A DNA stretch of 63,964 nucleotides, the filler included, from Choristocarpus tenellus KU-1152 (Eukaryota > Protista > Phaeophyceae), in NCBI GenBank assembly GCA_964200185.2. It is 14 parts of 14 records of this genome, joined end to end, with 100 filler letters (N's around TTAATTAATTAA, not from the genome) between each part and the next. Parts side by side here need not be neighbours in the genome. Positions count along the whole stretch, not along the records: positions 9,113 to 13,281 come from CAXNAD020015870.1; positions 13,382 to 21,152 come from CAXNAD020005606.1; positions 21,253 to 24,045 come from CAXNAD020024703.1; positions 24,146 to 28,141 come from CAXNAD020016754.1; 10 more parts are not named here. One strand, 5' to 3'. Each line of letters opens with the position of its first letter. The stretch's first letter is position 1. Below the pieces are notes generated by a model. That model saw nothing but the letters and a program-made list of their open reading frames with translations. It searched no databases and had not been told where the DNA came from. A program made the translations under genes and the position numbers. Of this stretch, positions 13,031 to 25,178 are shown piece after piece.

Positions 13031-13530
13031 GACAGTCAAGAAATGTACACAATACAAAGTATTGGGGGGGGAGGGGCATAAGATCATTGCCATTCGACAA
13101 CATTACCAATGCTGTCTTGAATCTACGTTCTTTTTCCTTGTTTGTTTCATACAATCAACTTTCATCAACTACATCATCTCATTAAGACATCAACAATCAA
13201 CTTTCAAAAGGCTAAAAGACCCTGTGGCAGGGGGGGGAACAACAGTGGTTATTGGGGTAAAAACAGGGGCAGAGGGAACAGNNNNNNNNNNNNNNNNNNN
13301 NNNNNNNNNNNNNNNNNNNNNNNNNTTAATTAATTAANNNNNNNNNNNNNNNNNNNNNNNNNNNNNNNNNNNNNNNNNNNNGGAGAGAATTAGTCAATGG
13401 TCTATGCCATTCTATTTTGTTGCCAAGTCTTACCTTGTTAAATCTTGTTTGTTGTAGGTACATACGGTCAACGTGACCTTGATTTGGCTCGGCCTCATCC
13501 TCCTGTTTTGTATTTCGCCCTCTTTACCAG

Positions 13531-16028
13531 GGATGCTATGGGCACACCGTCAAGTTCTTTACCTTTCACCTCATCACCTTTGCCTCCAAAGGTAGAGGAG
13601 AACGGCACTGCAGCACCTGGGGACACTAGTGTTATGTCGGCAATTCGAATCATAATGGGCTCCCCACAAATCGCATCCTTCTACGCTTCATCATTTCTGA
13701 GTGGTGTGGGAAAAGCCATCATTGATACCTTTCTCTTCATCAGGTAGGTGCTGAGGGGTGTGTAGGAGTGCTGCTAGCTTGCTGTATGACTGGACCAGCA
13801 AACTGCTATGGTGTGAAAATTCTTGTACAAAGTTGTGCTGAAAGTGAAAGGGCATTTATATTCAAAAGCGGGTGTACTAGTGGTGTATATGTTTTTCAAT
13901 TTATTTATACTTAACGTTTACCTATTGATGTTGACATGACTGCATAGGAAAATCATGTATACCCAATATTTCGAAATGTTAAATATTTTGTTGACACCTT
14001 CAACCCTTCACTCGATTGAGCCCAATTCTTTATTTCGGCAAGGGGTTGGAATTATATCAAAATATCTAGTGCAGGATCCAAGTAACATGTCGTATTTTTT
14101 TGTATTGTGCGATAACATGGTGTATGTATTTTGCACCAATGGGAAGAAAGCGATCAACACAGGCTACTACGGGACAGAGGTCGAGGTATTCCTGCTTTCG
14201 ACAGGCCTTTGCTGTCCTCTTAACCACACAGGGTTGCTGAGCTTGGAGGGTCCAGTGTAATCTTGGGGGTTGCGAAGTTGCTGATGTATGCAGGCGAGCT
14301 TCCATGCTTCTACTTCTCTGGTCTCCTGATAGAAAAGTGAGATGAACAGCAACTCACAGTCACGTGAAACTGGGTTGATTCGTGGTAGACATTATTGGCA
14401 TGGTTCGTATAAAATAGGTGTTGTCTACAACGGTTTCAGAGTCTTTACATTCACATACGTTGCATAGAAGGGATAGTACTGCAGAAGCATAAATGTCAGA
14501 AGTTGATAAATTATATGTTTTTTGTTTGTGTATGCACGTAAGAGTGTTTACCTCTTTGTGCCTTTGTTCGCACTACTCTGCATCTTGTAGTAGACTGACT
14601 GAAGCTGCCGAAATCTTAGAAGCGCACAAGCAAGAAACGCCCCTTTCATTGAACAGATACACAAGATTCAATTGAGAGGAGAGTGCAAAAAGAGGAGGAT
14701 TGAAGTTTCTGTATGTTACCTGATTCAAGTGCAACACTTATGTGCTAGGTAGCAGGGCGTAAATCATAGCTCGAGTTTGTGTCGGGCTGCAATTGTTTGG
14801 GAAAACCTGGCTTCCCAAACGGCATAAATTGGAGGGTGTGTGTGGAGTATGATGTTGTGTACATACGACTACTTGTGCTACAGGACAATGCTTCCTATTA
14901 GCTTAATGGGGCATATACACCATCTCTTTTTTGCAAATGGTGCTATTTGTACAGTGTATCCTATTCACACACCTTCAATCTTATTTGCAATCATCTTAGT
15001 GTGACCTGTGTTTCTACCTTGAGGTTTGTTGAGGGAGTCTCGTTGGTTGCGGTACGCCTGATAGCAATTATCAATTTCCTCTTTGGACTGAGCAGGTACA
15101 TATATTTTCCCCTCCATTACAAGGCTTGCAACTGACTACTTGTCTACACATTGACATGGTTATCACATACATGATGTTGTTGTTTTACGTTCTTGTCATT
15201 AACAGGGCTGGTTTCAGGGGGACCATGGCACTGACTGAAGTAGCCTACATTGTACGCTTCACCTACTACTCCCAGTTGCATGAACCCTGGATGGTGCTCC
15301 CCATTGAGCCACTCCATGGTCTGACCTTTGCACTCATGTGGTCAGTCACTGTCCAATATTCAGACCACATTACACCATGTAAGTTGTATGATTATGTATA
15401 TATTCCTTGAATCCGAATCCATCTAGGTTAACCCTCCCCTCATGGCACATAGACTCGGCCCTCCCTTCAATTTGAGTGCTCTGCCCATCCTTGATGAAGG
15501 CCTGTACCAATAGGAAGCAACAATATGCAATGGGGCGGGTAGATCTAGGCAAGGCTAGTTCAGCATGTGTTATTTCTAACATATTACTTGGAGTACTTGA
15601 GGGAACTTGTGCACCCTGCTCTGCTCTTTTGCAATGCAACTCTGGAGCAGGTGGGTATGTTCATTTGCTTCCAAAAGCAATATTTCCTTCTAACTCGGTT
15701 GTAATCCCCCTGCTGATATCCTGTTTTGGAAGCTCATCTCAAGGCCACCATGCAGGGATTATCATTTAGCATTACGTGGGGCTTAGGTGTTGGATGTGGG
15801 GCGATAATTGGAGGATTTCTATATGAGGAATATGGAGCTTCGCTATGTTTCGCTTATTCTACTGTCCTGCCATCAGCAGCACTCCTCCTCCTCCTGATTG
15901 GGGGGGACGTGAAGCAAAATGCAAAAGAGGAAGATCGACGGGGTAATGGGAGAGGAAAGGGAGACGATAGTACCCAAGTATATATAGCACCAGAGGGGAG
16001 TATCAACAGAGGGCTTGTAGAACAATAA
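13531..16028 (+). CDS. MFS transporter, MFSD6-like, last four exons
   Basis: Exons 13531-13743, 14232-14336, 15206-15378 and 15733-16028 splice in frame: ..IIDTFLFIR|VAELGGSSVILGVAKLLMYAGELPCFYFSGLLIEK|AGFRG..YIVRF..PWMVLPIEPLHGLTFALMWS..|HLKATMQGL..GLGVGCGAIIGGFLY..*. Confidence 0.9.
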
Positions 16029-16839
16029 CTTCTGTTGTATTCTATGTAATGAGATCTGGTGTGTTTTGGGGGGAGTATGTAAGTGCAATTGCTAGTACTA
16101 CCATTATAAATGTACATGTGGAGGCATGGATATATTGGGGATGAAATGGTGGAACCACAGACCAGTGAGCGAGCAGTTTCATATGTGAAAGGTCTCTCTG
16201 CCTGGGTCTGTTTTTTATTTCTCAGGTGTGATAGCCATCCTTCCAACTAAGGTGTACCTCTAAGGTCACCTATCTTGAGAGGATATGTACTTCAAGTCTA
16301 TGTTGCCCATATGGCATCTGCTTTTGTATGTTGAAGTTAACATTTGATTGAAGAAAATAGCGGGTGATTTGAGCTGATCTTGCAAACCCCCCTCATTCAC
16401 TTTTTGCTTGTTCACACTTCCCTGAGTAATCTTCTGAGGGATTGCCCTCCCTCCTGCCTTGTCTCTATCCATTCCCTTCCTCCTGTGGGCCTTCCCACTC
16501 CCCTTCAGTCGGAAGAACCTTTCGCCCTGTTTCCATCTGTTTCACATAGGCACGTTTCTTGATATTTCTTCTTGCCCTCTCTCTCGAGCTGTGTGTGATG
16601 TAACCGCAAGAGCGTAGTTAGTGCAGCTTGGATTAATTGTAGTAATTACACTGTCCTTTTGATCTCAAGAAGCTTGTTGCACTTTATAAAAGATGAGCTT
16701 TGCAAAGTCTGCTAAAATTTAGGAAAGAGGGTATGTTGGGGCAAATTTGAAACACTTAATAACCCAACTTCTAAACAGCACAGGTGGTGTTTCAGATGAG
16801 AGGTTGATGGGGACATGCACACTTACCGCTGTCTGAGTA

Positions 16840-17430
16840 AAGGAGCTCTTCTCATTGCCTCTTCGCTTGGGTTGGCCAGTCTTCCATTCCTCACCCCTTT
16901 GTTCGATGTGTGAAGATAGTGCTAGTTATTTTCTAGACGAGCAAGGTGGTAGATGTTTGTAGTTCCCTTCCCTTCAACCTACCTAGAGTATAACCATTTG
17001 GACACTCATTGTTAAGACGATGGTTTGCCCATAAGTTAATTTGCTTGCTTTTATGTACTCTGATAGGGTTCTGGCTTATGATGCTTCAATTGGTTCAGAA
17101 TTCTTAATCCTACTGATTACTTCAAAGGTCAAAGTTACGCATGTCAATATTCATGGTGGACCGCTTGAGCAATACGACATAGTATACAACAAGAAGTATT
17201 GAGACTATAGCAACTTGACTTGATATGCAGTAAATTGAATACCTTTGAGGTGGAAAGCTATTTGTAGATGAGGTAGCAAAGGATGTCTTGGAAGAATGGG
17301 GGGGGGAGGGACTTCAGCAGAAAGGGAACTGCAAGATCCTGGTTGAGCAGATTATCTTAGTGACTGCTCAAGTGGCCATTTTCAAGAAAGAGTTTTGCAG
17401 TTTTATTTTGAGAGTTAGTGTCAATGGGCT
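16840..17430 (+). mobile_element. Highly decayed CRE-like non-LTR fragment
   Basis: Remnants ELFSLPLRLG, FEVES and QIILVTAQVAI resemble the better-preserved copy at 21253-22670. Confidence 0.55.
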
Positions 17431-17768
17431 ACGAAAGGCCTTCACAGATTCACGGCATTCTTCCTTTTGTTTTGCCCTCCTTTATACCCCCATATACTTC
17501 TGAGGCACAAAGACAACACGAATCCTCTTTTTTTACCTAAATCCCTCAGAAAATTGCGCTGGGCATCAATGTGTTTTGTTCTAGTAGAGGTTGTGGTATT
17601 TCGTATTGGTTGGCATGCACCATCGTCATCCTCAAACAGGTCAATGCAACGTCTAGGGGAACTGTGGCCGAATAAACTCCAAAACACTTAGCAAGAAACG
17701 TAATTCCTGTGCCACATTGCTACGGGCTATACACTCACTCTCCGTTGAGGACAGAGCTATAACCTTTT

Positions 17769-18023
17769 GAGTGGAAGTATCTTAGAGGGAACGAGTTCCC
17801 TGATTGTCCGTTTAGGGCTTGGCTTCCCATAGGGTTTTATATGACATTTCCTCACTCCAAATGTTTCGTAGTAGGGAAAATGTGTACGTTATGAGAAATT
17901 GTGTCCGGAACAAGGATATTGACACTCCCTAACAAACACTATAGCCCAAAATTACATCAAAATCGCAACATTGGATTTGGCCCCCAAATGGACGCGGATC
18001 TACCCTCTAAGATACTTTGACTC
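17769..18023. mobile_element. MITE family A copy 1
   Basis: TIRs GAGTGGAAGTATCTTAGAGGG and CCCTCTAAGATACTTTGACTC; TTT duplication; inserted in the Copia RNase H. Confidence 0.93.
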
Positions 18024-18501
18024 TTTGGATCTTTGGCATCCAAGATATTGCTACTCCGGAAAATATTATGGCTCCTCCAGTCACTGATCTACGATCAATA
18101 CAACCAACCTCCAGCATATAGCTAGCAACAGCATGCGCACTTGACACACAATTCAATATCAAAACCACCAAAAATCAATCCAACACTGGGACGCGTATTC
18201 AAATATGCAAAGATGCACTTAACAGCACGCTAATGTACAACTTCGAGATTGTTACTGTACTTGGCAACCTCACCAACTGCATTGGTAATATCTACCCGGT
18301 CAAGACAGCTGCTCACATCAAACTACCAACTGCCTCTCTGTACAGGATATTTTCATCAACACTTGGATGATTCTCATTCTTGTCTAAAGTCCTCGAGAGA
18401 TCATGGGGTACCGCCCTTTTCTTTGCCCCATCCGTACCAAACCTTTGACAAATGCTCCCAATGTACTTAGTCTGACTAATGCCAACTGTCTTTGCAATTC
18501 T

Positions 18502-18760
18502 AAGTGAAAGTATCTTAGAGGGTACGATTTTTGCCCTGTTTGTCCATTTGGGGCTTCGCTTCCCATGGGTTTCTTAATGACATTTTCTTACTCCAAAATG
18601 TTTAAAAGTAGGTAAAATGTATATATTATGAAAAGGTGTGTCCGAAACATGGACAATGACACTTCCTAATAAATACGATAGCTAAAATTACATCAAAATC
18701 GCAACGTTAGATTTTGGCCCCCAAAAGGACGCGGCTCTATCCTCTTAGATACTTTGGCTC
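18502..18760. mobile_element. MITE family A copy 2
   Basis: Same TIRs and internal sequence; TCT duplication; inserted in the Copia RT. Confidence 0.93.
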
Positions 18761-21131
18761 TCTGTCATGCGAAATCTCACAACCCATATAGTATTCAATA
18801 TCACCAAAATCTTCTATTCGAAGCTGCTTCTTGATCCTAGAGCGAACCCAAATCAAGATATCAGGTATTCCTGCCACCATAAGATCGATCGTCAACGTGA
18901 GGGGCTATTCCAGCGCAAACAACGTCATTTCGTACATAGCGTAACACACAGGGATCTGCTCTGCATTTCTCAAAAACACATTTTTCCAAAACGTGCACCA
19001 ACAAATTATTCAACTCCCTACTAGTCTGTTTGGTGGCATAAAGATCTTTCACTAAACGCGCCATCTTCACTGACCATAAACTACATCCGTCACACAAATG
19101 AACAAATATTCCCTCTCTGATTTCTGATTCTGCTTCATATCCCAATGCATGAAACCTTATCTGTAACTAGTTCCAAAACCATTCTTAAACGTACAGGCTA
19201 TGTCGTAAGGGCAAAGGTATCACAGAAAATCTAAATCCTTGGTCTCATGAAGATCCTGTTGCTACTACACACGCCTTGTATCTCACTACCTTACCAAATT
19301 TATTGAACGTGTGCTAGTGAATATATTTGGTGTATATTACCTTGCGTCCAGGGAGTAACATGGTCTCCATCCAACTGTCATTCAAACAACTAACCAGACA
19401 TCTCTTCTTCTCTAGCTCGATCCCACAAATTATATTCAGGAGAACTACGTGCTGTTCTTATAGTCTTGGGTTCTGGAGGAATATCATCTGTTAACACTCC
19501 GATAGACTCACTCACACAAATCACAAGAGTAGTCTCAATGGAAAACAAACAAAACATATCAAACAATGCAACTCTTATAAAACAAAACAGCAGATAAATC
19601 AAAGGAGTTTGCACGGCTACCAGGTGAAGTGCTACAGCATTATTACCTTCAGCATCCAGTATCCACTTCCTGAACTTTAACCAATCCAGGAAAACATCTC
19701 TCTCAGCACCATCTTGTACCTCCATCCAAACATTAGACGTTAACCTCATATTCCCCTTGTATTCTCGATCAGTAAAGGAGATACCACTCTCAACACACCC
19801 CACCTCTTGGACTAAGAGGAGATATAGCAGTTAGTGCTTGGGAGATGTGAAAGGAAATACGCAGATAACAACAAATAATACACCACAACTGTCTTGTCCT
19901 CATCCTTGATCAAGGGGAGAATGTTGTAGCTTGGCTACCCCCGTCATGATGGGGTGTGCAGATAACAGGAGGCTCCCCCTTCCTCAACGGGGGAACAAAT
20001 GATCATGCGCCTAATTAGGCGGCACTGCTCTCCCCTGGTGACAACCAAATATTCCCTTTCCTGGTTCCAACTCTGGTCCAGCTAATTCATCTGCCTCATT
20101 AGAAGGCGCCTCACTCCCCTGGCGACAAACGTACCGCAGCTGTCTCTACTCCCACAGGTGTAGCACATTCCTTCAAAAGTGCAATAACCGACATGGTAGG
20201 TTAACTCACACTTGAAACATTGTTCTTTTGTCTTGATCTCACCCCTGGCACAGGATCCTGTTGTGCAGGGTGCCAGGGTCCGTATGATGACTAGTTGTAC
20301 ATTGGCCACCTCCTCGGTTGATGTTTTCAGTGACATCTTCCATGAGGACACAGTCCTAGAGGCCAGAGTGGTCCCAGGCTCTCCGCGGTTTCCTGCTTCA
20401 AGTTGTAGATAATAGAAAACGAACGGGCAGCGCATTATTTTGTGGCTCTCGAATGCTTATCACTATCATAATGTTCTTAGTATTGTTTCGTAATCTGGTA
20501 GTCGTCAGCCAAACAATCCAGTATAGCAATTTGTAGGACCTGTTTTGACATCTCGTGTCCCATCATAGCCATCTGGCCCACCCAGTCCAACATTGCGAAC
20601 GACGAGCAGCACATTGTATCATGACTCTCGAACGCTCACCATTACACCATGTTGTTGTAGGTAAACGTGATTTGGGGGTCGGACCCCCCTAGGCATCTTA
20701 ACATTCATCGCCATTTTTTTCAACCTGACAATTTCCTCATATTTGAGTGTATAAGAAAATACTCTCTTAGTTGCTTCTATACCACTGATATGAGCATGCT
20801 GCATTGCAAACAATGCATCCGTAAAGCTGGTTGTACTCCTAATCAGAACGTCATATGCCTTCTTGGCATTGATGACCTCATCTTCACTCACATCCTCCCC
20901 CTAGATGAACATTCGGTTGCCCACTCTAGGGATTTTTCCCTCTCCTCCAATGGTTCGTCGATGTCACCTTTCGCACCCAAGAAGGAACGAATTGTGGCGA
21001 ACCAATCTGCATCATTTTCATCAGAAAATTGAAGGAGTTTGATATGGAGCCCATCAAAGGCCATGAATGATATTCTCAACCCCAAACCAATCCAGCTCCA
21101 GCTGCGCCTCCGCTAGCTGGAGTATATTGGT

Positions 21132-21152
21132 GACCCAAAGTATCTGGGGGGG
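21132..21152. mobile_element. MITE family B left terminus, cut by the contig end
   Basis: GACCCAAAGTATCTGGGGGGG followed by the linker. Similar cut ends occur at about 9120-9144, 49627-49666 and 56790-56811. Confidence 0.75.
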
Positions 21153-21252
21153 NNNNNNNNNNNNNNNNNNNNNNNNNNNNNNNNNNNNNNNNNNNNTTAA
21201 TTAATTAANNNNNNNNNNNNNNNNNNNNNNNNNNNNNNNNNNNNNNNNNNNN

Positions 21253-23215
21253 CTGGCACGCTCCACCATGGAGCAAGCAGGTAACACCTCCCTATGGACA
21301 CTAGAGAGAAAAATGGAGATAGCTGATGCAACAGAGGTGACAGACTTCTTTGAGGGAAGGTGCAACAATAGGTCTCTTCGCCTAGAGGCCCACCAACAAG
21401 TACAGGCACAGATGCCTACAAGTGCGGAGGGTCTAGGCCTCTCCTCTATGAAACACCACCAACATGCAGCTTTTGTAGGATCACTGGTGGCTATTCTCCC
21501 CACCCTCCTAACAAGGCAGCAAGGGCCTCATGTCGAGTCCTTCTCACAAGCTGTATATACAAGCCCTACAATACAGGCTTTAGGATTGTCCATACACACT
21601 CTCCTTTCTACAGTGGTCCCCTGAGAAGGCCTGATGAAATCATTGGCCAGGACTGGGTAACCTGGGGGGGAACAGCACCCCCTGCACCTGCCCCAGAAGT
21701 CCACATCCTAGCAGCTCATGACGCCAGGATCACAAGGAGGGCTCAACACGAGATCACACACCTTCTCAACAAGATCCATTTTGACTCCTTCAGGACTCAA
21801 CTGGCCAACCTTCCAAATAAGGCACACCAAGGGAGGGAAAGCTCTCCATTAACCCTAGTACGCCACTGGAGCCAGTGCGGACAAGGGGCAAACGCGTGGG
21901 CCTCGACTCAACCTCTGGAACCAGCATGCCAGATCGCCCCTCTAGAACTTAAGCACACAGTCAGCAGATTCCTAGGGAGGGAGGAGGCCCTATCCAACAG
22001 GTGCCCAGTCACAGGGTGCAGGAGGAGGCAAAATGTCGATACCAGACATACCCGTACCTGCCCCAGGGCAGGGGGACAAGTACGACAGCACACTCCAATG
22101 GTAAAACGCCTGCACTAACTATGCACAGGGATGGGAATTCCTTGCACTACGGAGGATAGTAGACCTTTCACAGTGGACAGGAGTCTCTGCATGGACCTGG
22201 TGTTCCATGCAGGGGCACTAGTGGACGCCGGAAGAGCTCCCTACAGGGACAAAGGTCTTCTGCTAGACGTCACCTTCGCAGAGGTACAGGCAACCTCCAA
22301 CATAACCCACTCATCCACCAGCAATGGTGTAGCCACTGCTGCAGCAGGCGCGAAAGCGCACCCACTACGAGGGCTCCTTTGATCCTTGTAGTTCTAATCT
22401 CAACACCTTTGCGGTGGAAAGCTTTGGGCGCCTCGGCAAGCAAGTGGAATGCTTCCTGGATGAGCTGACTACTCACATGGTAGGGGGGAGAGGAACTGGA
22501 GGATATTGCAGGAAAGGAATAGTCAGATCCCGGCTACGCCAAATTGTTTTGGTGACTACGCAAGTGGTATTGTCTCAACGTGTCATGCGTTTTAAACTAG
22601 AGTCACCAGGGAGATGGGCACGTAGGGGTTTATTGGATTCTTCGGATGCCTCCCAAGCTCCTCCCCCCGGGTCCAACCTTAACCTCGCCCTCTCGGTCAT
22701 GGTTCGTCTTAGTCCGTCTGGTCCGTCTTGCCTGGTGATTCTCTTCACCACTCTTTCCTGAGTAAACCACGCCACCACGGAATCGCATTATGCATATATA
22801 TACTCCAGGATCGGTATATAATCTTTGTACCCGCTGAAATGTTAGACATGTCTTGAGAAGAATCAAGACCAGTATGACGGGGACTCTCGTAAAAGTAACA
22901 CTTGCCGAAAATATGAAAGATGTCTCTACGTGTATATAGTGATAGTGATCACATTTCGCGTATCGATACCAACACTCTTGTGATGAAATATAATTACCAC
23001 AAGTGTTACTTTTTCTGGGGTTGTTCTGATTGAATTGAATTTTGATTGGTTTTTTCCCCTGACAGATCTGCAAAATGTCAGGGGGTATGATAATAAAGTA
23101 TGTGGAGACATTTTTCACATTTTCCACAACTCTTTCTTTTGCAGGGATCCTTACGATATTGAATTGACCTTTTACCTGACAAATATCTGAGATTGTCAGA
23201 GGGCATAATAATTCA
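21253..23215 (+). mobile_element. CRE-like non-LTR retrotransposon, 3' part (post-RT region, CCHC finger, restriction-like endonuclease, 3' region); frameshifted
   Basis: QAQMPTSAEGLGL; GANAWASTQP; CPVTGC..DTRHTRTCPRAGGQVRQH; MDLVF..LLLDVTF..; AVESFGRLG; QIVLVTTQVVLSQRVMRFKL. Followed by two hairpin-ended units at about 22990-23215. Confidence 0.88.
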
Positions 23216-23987
23216 AAATGAAATATGTACCATTTTTTTTCGGTATAATTAATCTTTTGGGAAACATATGCAAACATTTGTGGTACATCTCCCCCATCTA
23301 CCAAAAAGTGCGGAAGTGTTGGTCGTACTACTCACCTCTCTGTGAAACACGTACAAATATCTGTACGTACTACCATCCTATGCGCGAAAGATGTACAAAC
23401 GGTCCTTGGTACAAATGCATTGATTTGAATCCCTCCGCAATCATTTGCTGTTGTTACCACAAGTTGTGTAAATCGCAGTACAATGTGTCGATTCCTCAAA
23501 ATCTATCTCATCATGTTGGTGGAAGATTTGTCCCACGCCACTCTCAAAGGTATTAATGGGTGTATGTGACACACTCTGGATCGGACAGACAGGGTACTCT
23601 TTGAAAGGGAGATGGAAGATCCACAGGAGGAACGGGAAGGAGAGAGGCAGGGCAGGAGGATGACCGACCCTCAGGAGATCACTCAGGAAAGGAGTGAGCA
23701 CGGAAAAGCGAAAGAGGGGGTTCCACTAAAACAACCTGATATTGACGTAATCAGGAAGTAAATGTTCGTGTCGTATGAGGCAACAGACCTTACTTGAGGT
23801 ACGTCTTCTAAAGGAATGGCACTTAAATTATATACCTTACCCATCGCATATAACTCATTCTGACCCATAAACGAAAGAGTTAAATGTTACACAGGTGAAT
23901 ATAGTGTTGGCAGTCACCTCCAGGATGAGACCAGTCTTGATTTGTTTGAATAGGTTGGCCAACGAGATAAATGACGAACAGCATATC

Positions 23988-24045
23988 TGTTACAGGCGCC
24001 CCTCAATGCTCACCTTCCAGGATGTACAACTCAAATCCAACGACC
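23988..24045 (-). mobile_element. End of an LTR of the same family as 24573-25178, cut by the contig end
   Basis: TGTTACAGG...CAGGATGTACAACTCAAATCCAACGACC matches 24573-24630. Confidence 0.75.
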
Positions 24046-24558
24046 NNNNNNNNNNNNNNNNNNNNNNNNNNNNNNNNNNNNNNNNNNNNTTAATTAATTA
24101 ANNNNNNNNNNNNNNNNNNNNNNNNNNNNNNNNNNNNNNNNNNNNCTGGGCAGGAACCTCTCCGAATTACTGATTCCCAGCAGAACCTGTGAAGTAAAAG
24201 AACAGCGTGACACACGAAAACAGATCGGGAATGTGAGTGTACAAATGGCGAGGAAGAACTACCTAGGCAACGTCTATACCATGGCAATCAAAAAACATTC
24301 GTTTACGACTATAAGTGGATCATGTGGTGGTCAGAGACAACGTGTTGCACAACAATGAAGGACGATAGTTCCCTCGGAGCCACAGATGCCATCACACCCA
24401 CAGAGATGACGAGGCCAAGATGAGGAAACCCTGCAGACGCCGAATGAAGATCACAAACCCAAGTGGGAAAAGAATAGAATCCAGGCGGACGTAGGAAGCT
24501 ACAAAGAATCCTAGGTGTTGAGGTGAATGCGGAGTATTCTCTCCAGTTTGAAGAGAGG

Positions 24559-25178
24559 CGGTAGGACCTCCATGTTACAGCACGCCCCTGAACTCACCTC
24601 CACAGGATGTACAACTCAAATCCAACGACCTTCAAACGACACTATGGGGGCTTTGCCCTTGGTAACAGTTTGTAGGGTGTCAGATAGTCTTTTCTCTAGA
24701 ATACTCCACTCAGTGCTTAGCTCAAAGCAATACTCAATGTTAAGTTCAAGATTTAAAAAAATGGTAAGGGGGGTAAAGGTGTTCTCACCAAAAGCCCTCT
24801 TAATATTTTCATCATCCACCCAATTTCTTTGGTCTTCTATGCAACTGCTCTACACATACTTCAACCATAAACCTTTATTCTGCAACTTCTTAGGAACTTT
24901 GACATTTTCCTCTGTAATGTGATTTATGCATTACGAATCTTACTCTGTGTATCTTCTACGAAACCAGCATTTATTCTCTAAGGCTACCTATGTGTTACTA
25001 ATATCGTATATTGTTCGCACTTGTCAGAACGCGAGAAACAATTCTCGCACTATTCGTCTGTCACAAATGTTCGTATTTGCTAAAACACGAGAAGAAATGC
25101 TCGCGCTATTCGCGTGTAACAAATGCTCGCACTTTGTTAGAACACAAGAAGAAATGCTCGCGCTATTCGCCTGTAACA
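24559..25178 (-). mobile_element. 5' LTR (606 bp, 24573-25178) with an adjacent tRNA-Gln-type primer-binding site
   Basis: Inverted termini TGTTACAG...CTGTAACA; on the minus strand TGGAGGTCCTACCG follows immediately; three ~57-bp tandem repeats lie at 25009-25178. Confidence 0.75.

Larger units (their letters stand above)
17440..21090 (-). mobile_element. Decayed Ty1/Copia retrotransposon internal region (gag, protease, RT, RNase H; integrase not seen)
   Basis: Zinc knuckle CFKC..YHVGYC; WILD protease-like motif; EPKTIRTARSSPEYNLWDRAREEEMSG; RT motifs YATKQ, ADPCVL and DFGDIEYYMGCEI; RNase H motifs DRRSVTG..ISW..QKVIALSSTESE and RTKHID. Many stops and frameshifts. Confidence 0.92.

Noticed and set aside
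22630-23304. 224-aa ORF, the longest in the track, as a gene
   Set aside because: It lies antisense across the CRE 3' region and hairpin units and has no motifs or splice support.
23988-25178. The two LTR copies as both ends of one element
   Set aside because: They sit on different contigs separated by a linker, and the outer flanks (ATATC versus GTATG) do not form a TSD.
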